NCBI RefSeq assembly: GCF_000025505.1
Contig: NC_013849.1
Location: 300,001 to 332,000 of the forward strand
Reading direction: 5' to 3'
DNA length: 32,000 bases
Origin: Ferroglobus placidus DSM 10642
GTDB lineage: Archaea; Halobacteriota; Archaeoglobi; Archaeoglobales; Archaeoglobaceae
Below are positions 1-9,391 of the stretch, in pieces (within the stretch, counting starts at the first letter, position 1; each line of letters begins with the position of its first letter). The translations under genes were made by a program, and so were the position numbers. The notes under the pieces are model-generated. The model searched no databases. It was given only the letters and a program-made list of their open reading frames with translations, and was not told the DNA's origin.

Positions 1-1113
1 ATTGTTCTTTCGATGGAAAGAATGAACAAGCTTGAAATCGACACGGAAAATCTTGTGGCTGTTTGCGAAGCGGGAGTAACTTTGAGACAGCTCCTTGAAG
101 AAATTGACAAAATACCGGGCTTGTCCTTCCCTCCTCACCCGGGGCACGAAGGGGCTCAAATCGGAGGACTTGTAGCAAACAACGCCGGGGGTGCGAGGGC
201 TGTTAAATACGGCATTATGAGAAACTACGTTCTTGGAATGGAAGTCGTTCTCCCCAGCGGAGAGATTCTGAATCTCGGAGGGAAAGTTATCAAGAACGTA
301 ACAGGCTACGACCTCATGCATCTGCTCATCGGTAGCGAGGGGACGTTAGCTGTGATAACGAAAGTCGTCCTTAAGCTTATTCCAGAGCCGGGAGGAACTT
401 ACACCCTCGTCGTTCCATTTGAAAGAACGGAAGACGCTATAAAAACTGTTCCACAAATACTGAGGAGCGGAATTGTTCCGCTTGCCATTGAGTACATGGA
501 TGTGGAGGCTGTGAAAGCTGGAGAAGCAGTTACCGGGAAGAGATGGCCCTACGAAGGAGGTGAAGCGCACCTCATGATTATAGTCGAAGGCAGAGATGAG
601 GACGAACTTTTGAAAGTTTCGGAGGATATAGAAAAGCTTGCGAAGAAAAATAACGCCATAGACGTTTTCGTCGGAGTTAGCAGAAAAGAGCAGAGGGATC
701 TTCTCGACATCAGAAGCCTGATATACGAGGGGATGAGAGATGTCACAGTCGACCTTCTCGACGTTTCCGTTCCCATAGCTTCCATTCCCGAATACGTTAC
801 GAAATGCAAAAAGTTCGCTGAAGAGGTTGGAATAAAAGTTCTCCACTACGGTCATGCCGGAGATGGGAATGTCCATCAGCACATCCTCGAAGTAGATGAT
901 TGGGAGGAGAAGTATCCGAAGTTCAAGAACTACGCTTTCGGCTTGGTAAAAAAGCTTGGAGGATACATAACTGCCGAGCACGGAGTTGGAGTTGTGAAAA
1001 AGGAAGACATGTACTCAACTCTTCCTCAAAAAGCTGTAGAGCTTATGAAAGAGATCAAGAGGATTTTCGATCCGAACAACATCCTGAATCCGGGAAAAGT
1101 TGTCGACGTCTGA
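1..1113 (+). CDS. FAD-linked oxidase, glycolate oxidase/D-lactate dehydrogenase (GlcD/Dld) family, 5' truncated by window edge
   Basis: Frame is open from base 1. The protein has 'PPHPGHEGAQIGGLVANNAGGARAVKYG', 'GGKVIKNVTGYDLMHLLIGSEGTLAVITK', 'HYGHAGDGNVHQHIL', and a C-terminal 'EHGVGVVKK...LMKEIKRIFDPNNILNPGKV' typical of this family. The start of the FAD-binding domain lies upstream. Confidence 0.93.
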   Translation: MVLSMERMNKLEIDTENLVAVCEAGVTLRQLLEEIDKIPGLSFPPHPGHEGAQIGGLVANNAGGARAVKYGIMRNYVLGMEVVLPSGEILNLGGKVIKNVTGYDLMHLLIGSEGTLAVITKVVLKLIPEPGGTYTLVVPFERTEDAIKTVPQILRSGIVPLAIEYMDVEAVKAGEAVTGKRWPYEGGEAHLMIIVEGRDEDELLKVSEDIEKLAKKNNAIDVFVGVSRKEQRDLLDIRSLIYEGMRDVTVDLLDVSVPIASIPEYVTKCKKFAEEVGIKVLHYGHAGDGNVHQHILEVDDWEEKYPKFKNYAFGLVKKLGGYITAEHGVGVVKKEDMYSTLPQKAVELMKEIKRIFDPNNILNPGKVVDV

Positions 1114-1155
1114 TTTCAGCAACTATTTTATATTCTCAGTATTAAAATTTTAAAC

Positions 1156-1386
1156 ATGGTTATCGGCGTGACGATGGTAAACGTTTCTCCGGGAAGCGAA
1201 AAGAGCGTCTACATGAAGATAAAGGAGATGAAGAACGTTAGGGATGTGTACCACGTTTTCGGAGAATTCGACTTCGTGGTGATAATTGAAGCTCCGAGTC
1301 TGGCTGAGTTGAACAAGACTGTAGATAGCATAAGGGCTATCGAAGGAGTTACGAAGACTCAAACGGTGGTAGGAGCTGAGATATGA
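1156..1386 (+). CDS. Stand-alone Lrp/AsnC ligand-binding (RAM) domain protein, no HTH
   Basis: 76 aa '[76 protein letters not shown]' has the RAM-domain pattern. It overlaps the next gene by 4 bp. Confidence 0.85.
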   Translation: MVIGVTMVNVSPGSEKSVYMKIKEMKNVRDVYHVFGEFDFVVIIEAPSLAELNKTVDSIRAIEGVTKTQTVVGAEI

Positions 1387-3161
1387 AGCAGAAGGAGATA
1401 AGCGTAGCGGAGTTTTTCGAGAAGAACAAGCACATTCTTGGCTACTCCAATCCGGCAAAAGCTCTCATCACCTGCGTTAAAGAAGCGGTGGACAACTCGT
1501 TAGATGCTTGCGAGGAAGCGGGAATTCTCCCTGACATCCTCGTTAAAATCTTTAGAGTTGGAAAGAACTACAGAATTATAGTGGAAGATAACGGACCGGG
1601 AATAGAGAAGGAAGAGATTCCCAAAGTTTTCGGAAAGCTTCTTTACGGCTCGAGATTTCACACGATAAAGCAGAGCAGAGGTCAGCAGGGGATAGGCATC
1701 TCGTCAGCCGTACTCTACGCTCAAATCTCTACAGGAAAACCGGCGAAGATTTTATCCAAGGTAGAAGGAGATGAGGCTTACGAGATCGAACTTTTCATAA
1801 ACACGAAGAAGAACGAGCCGGAAATAGTTTCCGAGAAGAAAGTGGAGTGGTACGCTCCTCATGGCACGAGGATTGAGCTCGAAATCGTTGGAAGCTACGT
1901 GAAAGAGAAGAGGCAGAGCGTTTACGAGTATTTGAGGCAAACGTCCATAGTGAATCCTCACGCAAAAATAACGCTCATAGAGCCTGACGGCACGATTCAC
2001 GAGTTCAAAAGAATTTCGAATGTTCCTCCCCAACCGCCGAAGGAGATTAAGCCTCACCCCCACGGAATAGAGCTTGGCACGCTTTTGAACATGTTGAAAT
2101 ATTCCAAGCACAGAGATCTGAAAAGCTTTTTAAAGAAAGAATTTGTCAGAGTCGGAGACAAAATTGCTGAAGAGATAATTCAAAAAGCCGGTTTGAGCAA
2201 TGACGATCCGAAAAAGCTGAGTAGAGATGAAGTGGAGAAACTTCTCGAAGCTTTCAAGCTAACGAATCTTCTTCCTCCGCCTACTGATTGTCTTTCTCCG
2301 ATAGGAGAGGACCTGATAAAGAGAAGTCTCCTTGAAGAGTTCAAACCCGAATTCGTTTTCGCAACGACGAGGAAACCAAAGGTTTACTCCGGACATCCTT
2401 TCCTTATCGAGGTGGGAATAGCTTATGGTGGAGAAATTGAGGAAGAGAAAGTGAAAATTTTGAGGTTCGCTAACAAAATACCCCTCCTCTACCAGCAAAG
2501 CGGTTGCGCATTGACGAAGGCTGTTGAAAGCGTTAACTGGAAAGCTTACGGAATTTCCCAGAACAAAGGCGAGCTTCCTCAGGCTCCGATGGTAATCTTG
2601 ATTCACCTCGCTTCGACTAACGTTCCCTACACGTCTGAATCTAAAGAAGCGGTAGCTTCGATTCCCGAAATAGTTGAAGAGTTGAGGCTCGCTTTGCAGG
2701 AGGCTGGAAGAAAGCTGAGGGAATATCTCGAGAGAAAATCGAGAATAGAGAAGAAGAAAAAGAAGGAAAACGAGCTATTTAAGATAATTCCCCTACTTGC
2801 CGAAAAAGTGAGCGAGGTTCTTGAGAGGGAAGTGCCGGACTACGAGAAGGTCGTGGCGAGGATAATGGGTAGTGTTTACATTTCGAGGGTCGTGTTTTCA
2901 GAAAACGGAAGAAACTTTGCCGTGCTGAGAATAGCGAACTACTCCAAGTATAAAAAGAAGTTCAAAGTTTACGAGATGAGCAGCGGAGACATAGAGGCTG
3001 AGAAAAAAGTTGGAAATTCCGCCATCTTTGAAGTTGAACTTATGCCGGAGGAGGAAGTGGAGATAAAGTACGAATTTACCGGCAAGCTGATAAACAAGAA
3101 ACCTCTCGTGGAGGGGTTGAGTGAAGACGAAATCATAGGGGGAGAGGTGGTAAGTTTTTGA
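1383..3161 (+). CDS. top6B: DNA topoisomerase VI subunit B
   Basis: 592 aa. GHKL ATPase motifs '[14 protein letters not shown]', 'VEDNGPGI', '[31 protein letters not shown]'. Followed immediately by subunit A. Confidence 0.98.
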   Translation: MKQKEISVAEFFEKNKHILGYSNPAKALITCVKEAVDNSLDACEEAGILPDILVKIFRVGKNYRIIVEDNGPGIEKEEIPKVFGKLLYGSRFHTIKQSRGQQGIGISSAVLYAQISTGKPAKILSKVEGDEAYEIELFINTKKNEPEIVSEKKVEWYAPHGTRIELEIVGSYVKEKRQSVYEYLRQTSIVNPHAKITLIEPDGTIHEFKRISNVPPQPPKEIKPHPHGIELGTLLNMLKYSKHRDLKSFLKKEFVRVGDKIAEEIIQKAGLSNDDPKKLSRDEVEKLLEAFKLTNLLPPPTDCLSPIGEDLIKRSLLEEFKPEFVFATTRKPKVYSGHPFLIEVGIAYGGEIEEEKVKILRFANKIPLLYQQSGCALTKAVESVNWKAYGISQNKGELPQAPMVILIHLASTNVPYTSESKEAVASIPEIVEELRLALQEAGRKLREYLERKSRIEKKKKKENELFKIIPLLAEKVSEVLEREVPDYEKVVARIMGSVYISRVVFSENGRNFAVLRIANYSKYKKKFKVYEMSSGDIEAEKKVGNSAIFEVELMPEEEVEIKYEFTGKLINKKPLVEGLSEDEIIGGEVVSF

Positions 3162-4240
3162 AGTACGAGAGGGAAGCTTTGGCTAGTTTGCTTAAAATTC
3201 TTGAAAGAATTTACGATCAGATGAGCAGAGGAGAGGTGCCGGAAATAGACATAGCGACGAGGACGAAGTACAACATAGAGTTCGATGAAAATAGCGAAGT
3301 TTGGGTTTACGGAGATAGAACTTCTACGAGAAGTGCCAAAACTGTAAGAGGAGCTTACATGCTTTTAAGAATGGCTTACGTCATCGGCTTTTTAAAGGAA
3401 CAGCTGAAAGCGAACAAGTCCTCCACGTTGAGAGAACTCTACTACATTTCCGAGAACTGGGGGTTGGCAAAATTTGACGAGCAAGCTGAGAGCGATAGGC
3501 TGATAGAGGATCTCGAAATTTTAACGAGCTTTCAGAGGGAGCATTTCAGAATTCGTCCGGAAGAGGATGGGGCTACTGTTATAGGTCCGCTGAGGATCAG
3601 AGAAAACACGAGGAGAGGCGTGAGGGAGATACACTGCCAAGAAGATGTTGGTGAGGGAGGTTATCAGATTCCGGTTAACGTGGACAATATAGAGTTCGTC
3701 GACCACGACGCCGATTTCGTCATTGCCGTTGAAACCGGTGGTATGAGGGATAGACTTGTAGAGAACGGATTTGACGAGAAGTTTAGAGCCATAATAGTTC
3801 ACTTAAAAGGGCAGCCAGCGAGAAGTACGAGGAGGTTGTTGAAGAGGTTAAATGCTGAGCTGAACCTTCCGGTGGTCGTTTTCACGGATGGAGATCCTTG
3901 GAGTTACAGAATTTACGCAAGCGTGGCTTACGGAAGCATAAAAGCGGCACATCTGAGCGAGTATCTTGCTACTCCTTCCGCGAAATTCGTCGGAATAAGA
4001 CCGTCCGACATCGTCAAGTACGATCTCCCCTCTGACAAGCTTACAGATAAGGACATTCAGGCTTTAAAAGCGATTCTAACGGATCCGAGGTTCGATACCG
4101 AATTCTGGAAGAATGAGATAAACCTTCAGCTTGAGCTCGGGAAGAAATCTGAGCAGCAGGCTCTGGCTAAGTACGGGCTCGATTACGTCACTGACGTGTA
4201 TCTCCCGGAAAGGCTGACTGAGCTGGGTGTGCTTAAATGA
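3158..4240 (+). CDS. top6A: DNA topoisomerase VI subunit A (Spo11-like)
   Basis: 360 aa with '[22 protein letters not shown]', '[11 protein letters not shown]' (catalytic Tyr region), and Toprim '[42 protein letters not shown]'. Overlaps top6B by 4 bp. Confidence 0.98.
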   Translation: MKYEREALASLLKILERIYDQMSRGEVPEIDIATRTKYNIEFDENSEVWVYGDRTSTRSAKTVRGAYMLLRMAYVIGFLKEQLKANKSSTLRELYYISENWGLAKFDEQAESDRLIEDLEILTSFQREHFRIRPEEDGATVIGPLRIRENTRRGVREIHCQEDVGEGGYQIPVNVDNIEFVDHDADFVIAVETGGMRDRLVENGFDEKFRAIIVHLKGQPARSTRRLLKRLNAELNLPVVVFTDGDPWSYRIYASVAYGSIKAAHLSEYLATPSAKFVGIRPSDIVKYDLPSDKLTDKDIQALKAILTDPRFDTEFWKNEINLQLELGKKSEQQALAKYGLDYVTDVYLPERLTELGVLK

Positions 4241-4395
4241 AAGTCGAAGATCGCTGCGTCGGCTGTGCTTACTGCATGCTGGTATGCAAGTTTGAAGCGA
4301 TAGAAGTGCTTGGAAGAGCAGAGATAGACGAAGAGAAGTGCGTTAAGTGTCTCAAATGCGTCATCTATTGTCCGGTTAAGGCGGTGAAAGGTTGA
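4237..4395 (+). CDS. Small 2x[4Fe-4S] ferredoxin-like protein (52 aa)
   Basis: My own translation (not in the ORF track): [52 protein letters not shown]. It has two CxxCxxCxxxC(P/K) motifs. It overlaps top6A and the next ORF by 4 bp each. Confidence 0.9.
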   Translation: MKVEDRCVGCAYCMLVCKFEAIEVLGRAEIDEEKCVKCLKCVIYCPVKAVKG

Positions 4396-5549
4396 TCGCT
4401 GTAATAGGTGCTGGACTCGGAGGTTTGCTTGCCGCAAATCTCTTGGCTAAGGAAGGATACGAAGTTGAGGTGTACGAGAGGTTACCCTTTCCCGGCGGAA
4501 GGTTTACGAGTTTAAATTACAAGGGTTTCGAAGTCTCTACTGGAGCCTTGCACATGATTCCCCACGGAAGCAGGGGTCCTTTAGCGAAACTCTTGAAGAG
4601 GATAGGAGCGAAGGTAGAAATAGTAGATTCAAAGCCCGAAGGAGAGTTTTTGTGGAACGGAGAGAGAATTGAGGTTAGAAGGAGAGTTTTCCCTCTCAAA
4701 GCGGTATTAAAATTTTACAAAGAACTTGCGATTTCGAAGTTTAAGGATAGAACGCTCGACGTCTTTGCCAATTCTCTCGACGACTTTACGAAAGCGTTTC
4801 TTAATTCCTTCCTCGGCTGGAGTTTGAGCATTTATCCGGAAGATATAACGTTCAGAAAGTTTTACGAGATATTTAAGCAGACGGTGAAGTATCGGGGACC
4901 GGGGATTCCGATCGGAGGTTGCAAGGCTGTAATAAACGAACTCGTCGAAAATCTTGAGAGCATGGGGGGAAGAATTTACCTGAGGAAGGAAGTTAGGGGG
5001 ATGAAGGAATCGGACGGAAAAATTAAGCTGCTCGTTGATGATTGGAAAGTTTTCGACAGCGTGGTATCTAACGTCGGTCACAAACTCACAGCCGAACTCA
5101 TGGGAGAGAAAATTAGTCATCCGGAAGAGAGCAGGGGAATAAAATACACTCTCAAACTTGAAGAACCGTTTTTAGAACACACCGGCGTTTTATTCGTAGC
5201 GAATAAGAACGTAGCCGGAATGAATGAGGTAACTAACGCAGATCCAAACTTGGGAAAAGGGGTCATGCTTCAGGTGCATCAGCCGTTTAGAGGTGAGGTG
5301 AGGAAAGCTATCGAGATCGGATTGAGGGAAATAAGAGAGATCGTCGGAAAGAGCTTTGAGTTAATTGCTGTCCAAAGCTTCAGTAACGACTGGCCGGTGA
5401 ATAGAGCGAAAGCCGGCTCGGATTTGGGAGTAGTTTTTAAAGAGAGAGTAGTTGTGGTCGGAGACGGGGCTAAGGGAAGAGATATCGAAGTGGAAGGCAT
5501 AGCTCTCGGAGTGGAGAAAGCTTTGGAGGAGCTGAAAAGATGGACGTAG
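4392..5549 (+). CDS. NAD(P)/FAD-dependent oxidoreductase, phytoene desaturase-like
   Basis: 385 aa. N-terminal dinucleotide-binding motif '[40 protein letters not shown]' and C-terminal 'VVVVGDGAKGRDIEVEGIALGVEKA'. TTG start overlaps the ferredoxin stop. Confidence 0.87.
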   Translation: MIAVIGAGLGGLLAANLLAKEGYEVEVYERLPFPGGRFTSLNYKGFEVSTGALHMIPHGSRGPLAKLLKRIGAKVEIVDSKPEGEFLWNGERIEVRRRVFPLKAVLKFYKELAISKFKDRTLDVFANSLDDFTKAFLNSFLGWSLSIYPEDITFRKFYEIFKQTVKYRGPGIPIGGCKAVINELVENLESMGGRIYLRKEVRGMKESDGKIKLLVDDWKVFDSVVSNVGHKLTAELMGEKISHPEESRGIKYTLKLEEPFLEHTGVLFVANKNVAGMNEVTNADPNLGKGVMLQVHQPFRGEVRKAIEIGLREIREIVGKSFELIAVQSFSNDWPVNRAKAGSDLGVVFKERVVVVGDGAKGRDIEVEGIALGVEKALEELKRWT

Positions 5550-6205
5550 TTTTGAGAAACGTCGTCAAGAAGTTCGGAAAATTCGTTGCTTTGCACGGGA
5601 TAAGCTTTGAGATTAGAAAAGGAGAAAAAGTTGCTCTGCTTGGACCGAACGGAGCTGGGAAAACGACGACAGTCAGAATTATAAGCGGGATAACAAAGCC
5701 TACGAGCGGAGAGGTAAGGGTGGCTGGAAAAGACCCTTTTAGGGATTACGAAGTTAAGAAGATGTTTGGAGTCGTTTCTCACCACACATTCCTCTACGAA
5801 GAGCTTACAGCTTACGAAAACCTCGAATTCTACGCCAAGCTTTATGAGGCTGACGAAGGCAGAATTGCCGAGCTGCTTAAGGAGTTTGGGTTGTACGAAA
5901 GAAGGCACGAACTTGTTAGAAACTTTTCGCGAGGAATGAAGCAAAGGCTGGCGATAGCGAGAGCTTTAATTCACTCTCCAAAGATACTGATTCTCGATGA
6001 GGCTACGACGGGTTTGGACGTTTTCGGGAAGAAAGAACTCTTTACGATCCTCGAAAACTTCGACGGAACGATTTTACTAACCACTCACGATCTTGAAGAA
6101 GCTGAAAAAACCTGCGAAAGAGCTCTTATAATGTCTTCGGGCAGAATCGTATTTGACGGGAGTTCGGAAGACATAGGAAGTATCTACAAGGAGGTGCTTT
6201 CTTGA
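5540..6205 (+). CDS. ccmA: ABC transporter ATP-binding protein, CcmA-like (heme exporter)
   Basis: Walker A '[13 protein letters not shown]', signature 'NFSRGMKQRLAIARAL', Walker B 'ILILDEATTGLD'. Followed by a CcmB-type permease with 4 bp overlap. Confidence 0.85.
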   Translation: MDVVLRNVVKKFGKFVALHGISFEIRKGEKVALLGPNGAGKTTTVRIISGITKPTSGEVRVAGKDPFRDYEVKKMFGVVSHHTFLYEELTAYENLEFYAKLYEADEGRIAELLKEFGLYERRHELVRNFSRGMKQRLAIARALIHSPKILILDEATTGLDVFGKKELFTILENFDGTILLTTHDLEEAEKTCERALIMSSGRIVFDGSSEDIGSIYKEVLS

Positions 6206-6855
6206 AAGTTCTGGAAATTGCAAAAAAGGACATTAAAGTTGAGCTCAGAACGAAAAACTCGATATATTTCATGCTCCTCTTCGCTCTGATCTCTTCAGCC
6301 ATGTTCAGCGTTTCGATTCCCGTGGAAACTTACGATGTTGTTGCATCACCCCTCCTCTGGATCGTTCTTCTCTTCGTCGGTATGCTCGGCTATTCGAGAG
6401 CTTTTCTGAGGGAGCTCGAAGCCGGAACTTTAGACGGCTTGAGGATTTCGCCAGTTAATCCGATCAGCGTTTTGTTTGGAAAAACCCTCTACAACCTGTT
6501 TTTAATGCTTCTCGTCGAAGCCATAATCGTCCCTATTTTCTTCGTCCTCTTTCAACCGAAGATCGAAAATACGCCACTTTTTCTGCTCTCCTTAACTGCC
6601 GGAAACGTCGCTTTCGTTATAGTCAGCAGCTCTCTTTCGGTTTTAATTCTAAAATCGAAAACGAGAGAGTTGCTAATGCCCGTAATATTGTTTCCGGTCA
6701 TATTTCCGGTTATAAGCTCGACTCTTGCAGCTTTAAACATGGCTAAAATGGGAACGATCGGCGATATATACTCCCCTCTCGCTCTAATCGTCTCCTTTTC
6801 AGTAGCTATGATAGGTGTCGCTTTCCTAACTTTTGAGCACGCTTTCTTCGATTAG
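6202..6855 (+). CDS. ccmB: CcmB-like heme exporter permease
   Basis: 217 aa with about 6 TM segments. 'FLRELEAGTLDGLRISPVNPISVLFGKTLYNL' resembles the CcmB signature region. TTG start coupled to ccmA. Confidence 0.83.
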   Translation: MKVLEIAKKDIKVELRTKNSIYFMLLFALISSAMFSVSIPVETYDVVASPLLWIVLLFVGMLGYSRAFLRELEAGTLDGLRISPVNPISVLFGKTLYNLFLMLLVEAIIVPIFFVLFQPKIENTPLFLLSLTAGNVAFVIVSSSLSVLILKSKTRELLMPVILFPVIFPVISSTLAALNMAKMGTIGDIYSPLALIVSFSVAMIGVAFLTFEHAFFD

Positions 6856-7749
6856 ATCTCTCGTAGCCATTCTAACAGCTTCTTCGCTACTGTACTTCGG
6901 CTTCCAGCCGAGCTTCTTTATCTTTTCTATTGACAGCAGCATTAGAGGGACGTCACCTTTCCACCCCCTTTTACCTCCGGTGAACTTGAATTTGGGAGAA
7001 ACTCCAAGCTCTTCGCAGACTATTTCAGCTATTCTTTTCACGCTTATCCAGTCTTCGTTACCCAAGTTGAATATGTTCAGCTGCTCGTCGGCTTTCAATC
7101 CGTAGATTATACCTTCGACGCAATCCGAAATGTATATGTACGATTTCGTCTGATTGCCGTCCCCGAGAATTTCGAGCTCGTTCGGATTTTTCTTCAGCTT
7201 CTGTATGAAGTCGTATATAACTCCGTGGGTGCTCCTTTTCCCTATTACGTTAGCGAATCTGTAAATCCAAGCTTGCATATCGAAAGTGTGGCAGTATGAG
7301 GAAATTAAAGCCTCGCAACCGAGCTTGGTCGCTCCGTAGATGGAAATGGGTATCGTCTTATAATCTTCTGGTGTTGGAATAACCTCAGCCTCTCCGTAAA
7401 CGGTTGAGGTGGAGGTGAAAATTATTCTCTCGATTCCAGCCTTTCTCATTTCTTCGAGGAGAATGTATGTGGCGAGAAGGTTGTTCTCGTATATGGTTTT
7501 AGGATCTTTCTCTCCAAGTCTCACCTCTGGATTCGCCGCTATATGCCAGACTTCTTCTACTCCCCTCAAAGCCTCTCTTACATCTTTCGGATTTCTCAAG
7601 TCTCCTTTGATAAATTCGGCATTTTTATTTACATACTCCAATTTTCCGGAAGAGAGGTTATCGATAATTCTAACTCTTTCTCCCATTTCAACGAGTTTAT
7701 CAGCCAAGTGACTTCCTATAAATCCTGCTCCACCAGTTAGAAGAATCAT
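6826..7749 (-). CDS. NAD-dependent epimerase/dehydratase (UDP-glucose 4-epimerase type)
   Basis: SDR motif 'MILLTGGAGFIGSHLADKL', catalytic 'YGATKLGCEALI', 'VEEVWHIAANPEVRLGE'. The start is moved to the internal ATG at 7749, which begins the Rossmann motif. Confidence 0.93.
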   Translation of the reverse strand: MILLTGGAGFIGSHLADKLVEMGERVRIIDNLSSGKLEYVNKNAEFIKGDLRNPKDVREALRGVEEVWHIAANPEVRLGEKDPKTIYENNLLATYILLEEMRKAGIERIIFTSTSTVYGEAEVIPTPEDYKTIPISIYGATKLGCEALISSYCHTFDMQAWIYRFANVIGKRSTHGVIYDFIQKLKKNPNELEILGDGNQTKSYIYISDCVEGIIYGLKADEQLNIFNLGNEDWISVKRIAEIVCEELGVSPKFKFTGGKRGWKGDVPLMLLSIEKIKKLGWKPKYSSEEAVRMATRDLIEESVLKS

Positions 7750-7768
7750 GAAAATTCTTTCGAGTAAG

Positions 7769-7777
7769 TTATATATA
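7769..7777. promoter_or_regulatory. Probable archaeal TATA box in a divergent intergenic region (epimerase <-> Sm protein)
   Basis: TTATATATA lies between the divergent starts at 7749 (-) and 7824 (+). GGGAGGTG follows upstream of the + gene. Confidence 0.55.
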
Positions 7778-7823
7778 CTGTTTTCTCCCAATATTCTTTT
7801 GCTATTCAGGGAGGTGAAAGTAA

Positions 7824-8048
7824 ATGCTGCCGAATCAAATGGTTAAGTCGCTGATCGGCAAGGAGGTAAGAGTCGAAATGAAAGGAGAGGAATCGAGCTT
7901 GGTCGGAAGACTTGAGAGTGTGGATGACTACATGAACCTCCACTTGTCCAACGCCTACGAGTACAAAGACGGAGAAAAGATTAGAGTGCTCGGAGACATA
8001 GTGCTCAGGGGAAATAACATCGTGCTCATACAGCCTTTTGAGGAGTAA
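7824..8048 (+). CDS. Archaeal Sm-like (LSm/SmAP) small nuclear ribonucleoprotein homolog
   Basis: 74 aa 'MVKSLIGKEVRVEMKGEESSLVGRLESVDDYMNLHLSNA...LGDIVLRGNNIVLIQP' carries the Sm1 and Sm2 motifs. RBS-like gggaggtg upstream. Confidence 0.95.
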   Translation: MLPNQMVKSLIGKEVRVEMKGEESSLVGRLESVDDYMNLHLSNAYEYKDGEKIRVLGDIVLRGNNIVLIQPFEE

Positions 8049-8052
8049 AAAG

Positions 8053-8415
8053 ATGATAGACACGAGGGAGGAGATTTTAAAGCTACTCGAAAAGAAGGGC
8101 GAAATTCTTCAAAAAGATCTCTGGAAAGAGCTGAATATAGACAGCAGCAAGTGTTCGAGAATACTAAGGAAGCTTGAGAAGGAAGGGTTGATAAAGAGAA
8201 TTGAGGTTGTTGTCGACGGCGTAAAGACGTTCAAAATAGTCCCGGCTCACGTGGAGGTGGAGGGGGAAGAGGAGGAACCAAGTTTAATAGAGTTAATGGA
8301 AAAGGTCGAAGCTATAACGGGTTTGCCTCCTTGTTTTGGCTGTTTAGTTGCTGAATGCGATCCTAAAGAGTGTTTAAAGCTCGAAATCTGGTGTTTGAGA
8401 AGAAGCATGGAGTGA
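8053..8415 (+). CDS. Small HTH (MarR/Lrp-like winged helix) protein with Cys-rich C-terminus
   Basis: 'EEILKLLEKKGEILQKDLWKELNIDSSKCSRILRKLEKEGLIKRIEV' is a winged-HTH pattern. The tail 'PPCFGCLVAECDPKECLKLEIWC' has five Cys. The ORF track starts at TTG 8038, but ATG 8053 seems more natural. Confidence 0.8.
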   Translation: MIDTREEILKLLEKKGEILQKDLWKELNIDSSKCSRILRKLEKEGLIKRIEVVVDGVKTFKIVPAHVEVEGEEEEPSLIELMEKVEAITGLPPCFGCLVAECDPKECLKLEIWCLRRSME

Positions 8416-8445
8416 AAAATTTCTGCTCAAAGAATGATGTAAAAA

Positions 8446-8694
8446 TTACAACAGCTTTATAATCAACCAGACCTGATAGATCCCGAAAAGTACTGCTGGA
8501 ATCAAAGCCGTGATGAAAGCCTTTTTCAGTTCAATTTCTCTTGCATGTTTAATTGCGAAGCTCCAGATAACCAAACTCCATACAGTTACTGCAAAGTTGA
8601 TTATCAGATTTGAGTAAACTAAATCTTTCGAAATCAGAGCGAGCATTACTGTCTTCATTACATCCGGATTCTGCATCGTTCCTTTTTTACTCAA
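8446..8694 (-). CDS. Hypothetical small membrane protein (start may be ATG 8676)
   Basis: 82 aa with two hydrophobic segments: 'SNLIINFAVTVWSLVIWSFAI' and 'AFITALIPAVLFGIYQVWLII'. No family recognised. Confidence 0.45.
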   Translation of the reverse strand: MSKKGTMQNPDVMKTVMLALISKDLVYSNLIINFAVTVWSLVIWSFAIKHAREIELKKAFITALIPAVLFGIYQVWLIIKLL

Positions 8695-8696
8695 TC

Positions 8697-9215
8697 ATGT
8701 TTCACTCTAATATGGATTGTCCGGAAGTAATATACTCTTCAAATAATAACAGGGATGACTTATCGTTTTTATCAATTTTAAAAAATAACTTACTTGTTGT
8801 AACATTACTCCTTTCTGGAACTCTATTACTTGGTAGCACTACATTAGTCAATTTAATGAATAGTGGAATTACCGTCGCACGCTTGATTATATTGGCAAAT
8901 GCATGTAATCTGTCATTACACAAATTTTTGCTATTGGTTCTACCTCACGGCATCTTCGAAATCCCAGCCATAATCATAGCAGGAGCTGCTGGCTTCAAAA
9001 TACCCTACGAAATCATCCGTTATTTAGCGGGTAGAAAAGAACAAATCCTAACAAAAGAAGACATCAAAGAATATTTTACCCTCGCTTTGATTTCAATAAT
9101 CTTAATCGTAATAGCAGCATTTGTTGAAGCTTACGTAACGCCAAGAGTGGCGAATACTTTTTATCGAGGTAAGTTACTTTTCTCTTCTGGACTTTCTTAT
9201 ACGCTCGATAATTAG
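8697..9215 (+). CDS. SpoIIM/DUF95-family membrane protein (start uncertain: 8697 or 8712)
   Basis: 'LVLPHGIFEIPAIIIAGAAGFKIPYEIIRYL' matches the SpoIIM-family core 'LPHGIFELPAI.IAGAAG'. Hydrophobic segments follow. Confidence 0.78.
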   Translation: MFHSNMDCPEVIYSSNNNRDDLSFLSILKNNLLVVTLLLSGTLLLGSTTLVNLMNSGITVARLIILANACNLSLHKFLLLVLPHGIFEIPAIIIAGAAGFKIPYEIIRYLAGRKEQILTKEDIKEYFTLALISIILIVIAAFVEAYVTPRVANTFYRGKLLFSSGLSYTLDN

Positions 9216-9222
9216 ATCGTCC

Positions 9223-9391
9223 TCATTGATAAGATCTCTCGCAGTTTTTAGTTCTAAGAATATTGTGAAGAATCTGCCACACTCTGGACACTGAACTATA
9301 ATCATCCAATTCAAGGCATCTGGCAATTTCTAAAATCCTAACGTTATGCATGGCTATGTGATTTTCAATCGCTTTGTTGTACCCTAATAAT
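9223..9391 (-). pseudogene. Degenerate ORF remnant, possible frameshifted gene extending to about 9480
   Basis: Minus-strand open stretch 'LLGYNKAIENHIAMHNVRILEIARCLELDDYSSVSRVWQILHNILRTKNCERSYQ*' has protein-like composition but only an internal ATG. An adjacent upstream segment in another frame reads 'KYDAFRKGRKLDKEFKIKSVIIRV'. Confidence 0.3.

Noticed and set aside
346-981. 211-aa minus-strand ORF antisense to the FAD-linked oxidase
   Set aside because: Fully inside a strongly supported CDS. The translation shows no domain-like motifs, so it is a shadow ORF created by codon bias.
5279-5944. 221-aa minus-strand ORF across the flavoprotein/ccmA junction
   Set aside because: Low-complexity Ser/Phe/Leu-rich translation antisense to two clear genes, with no recognisable motif.
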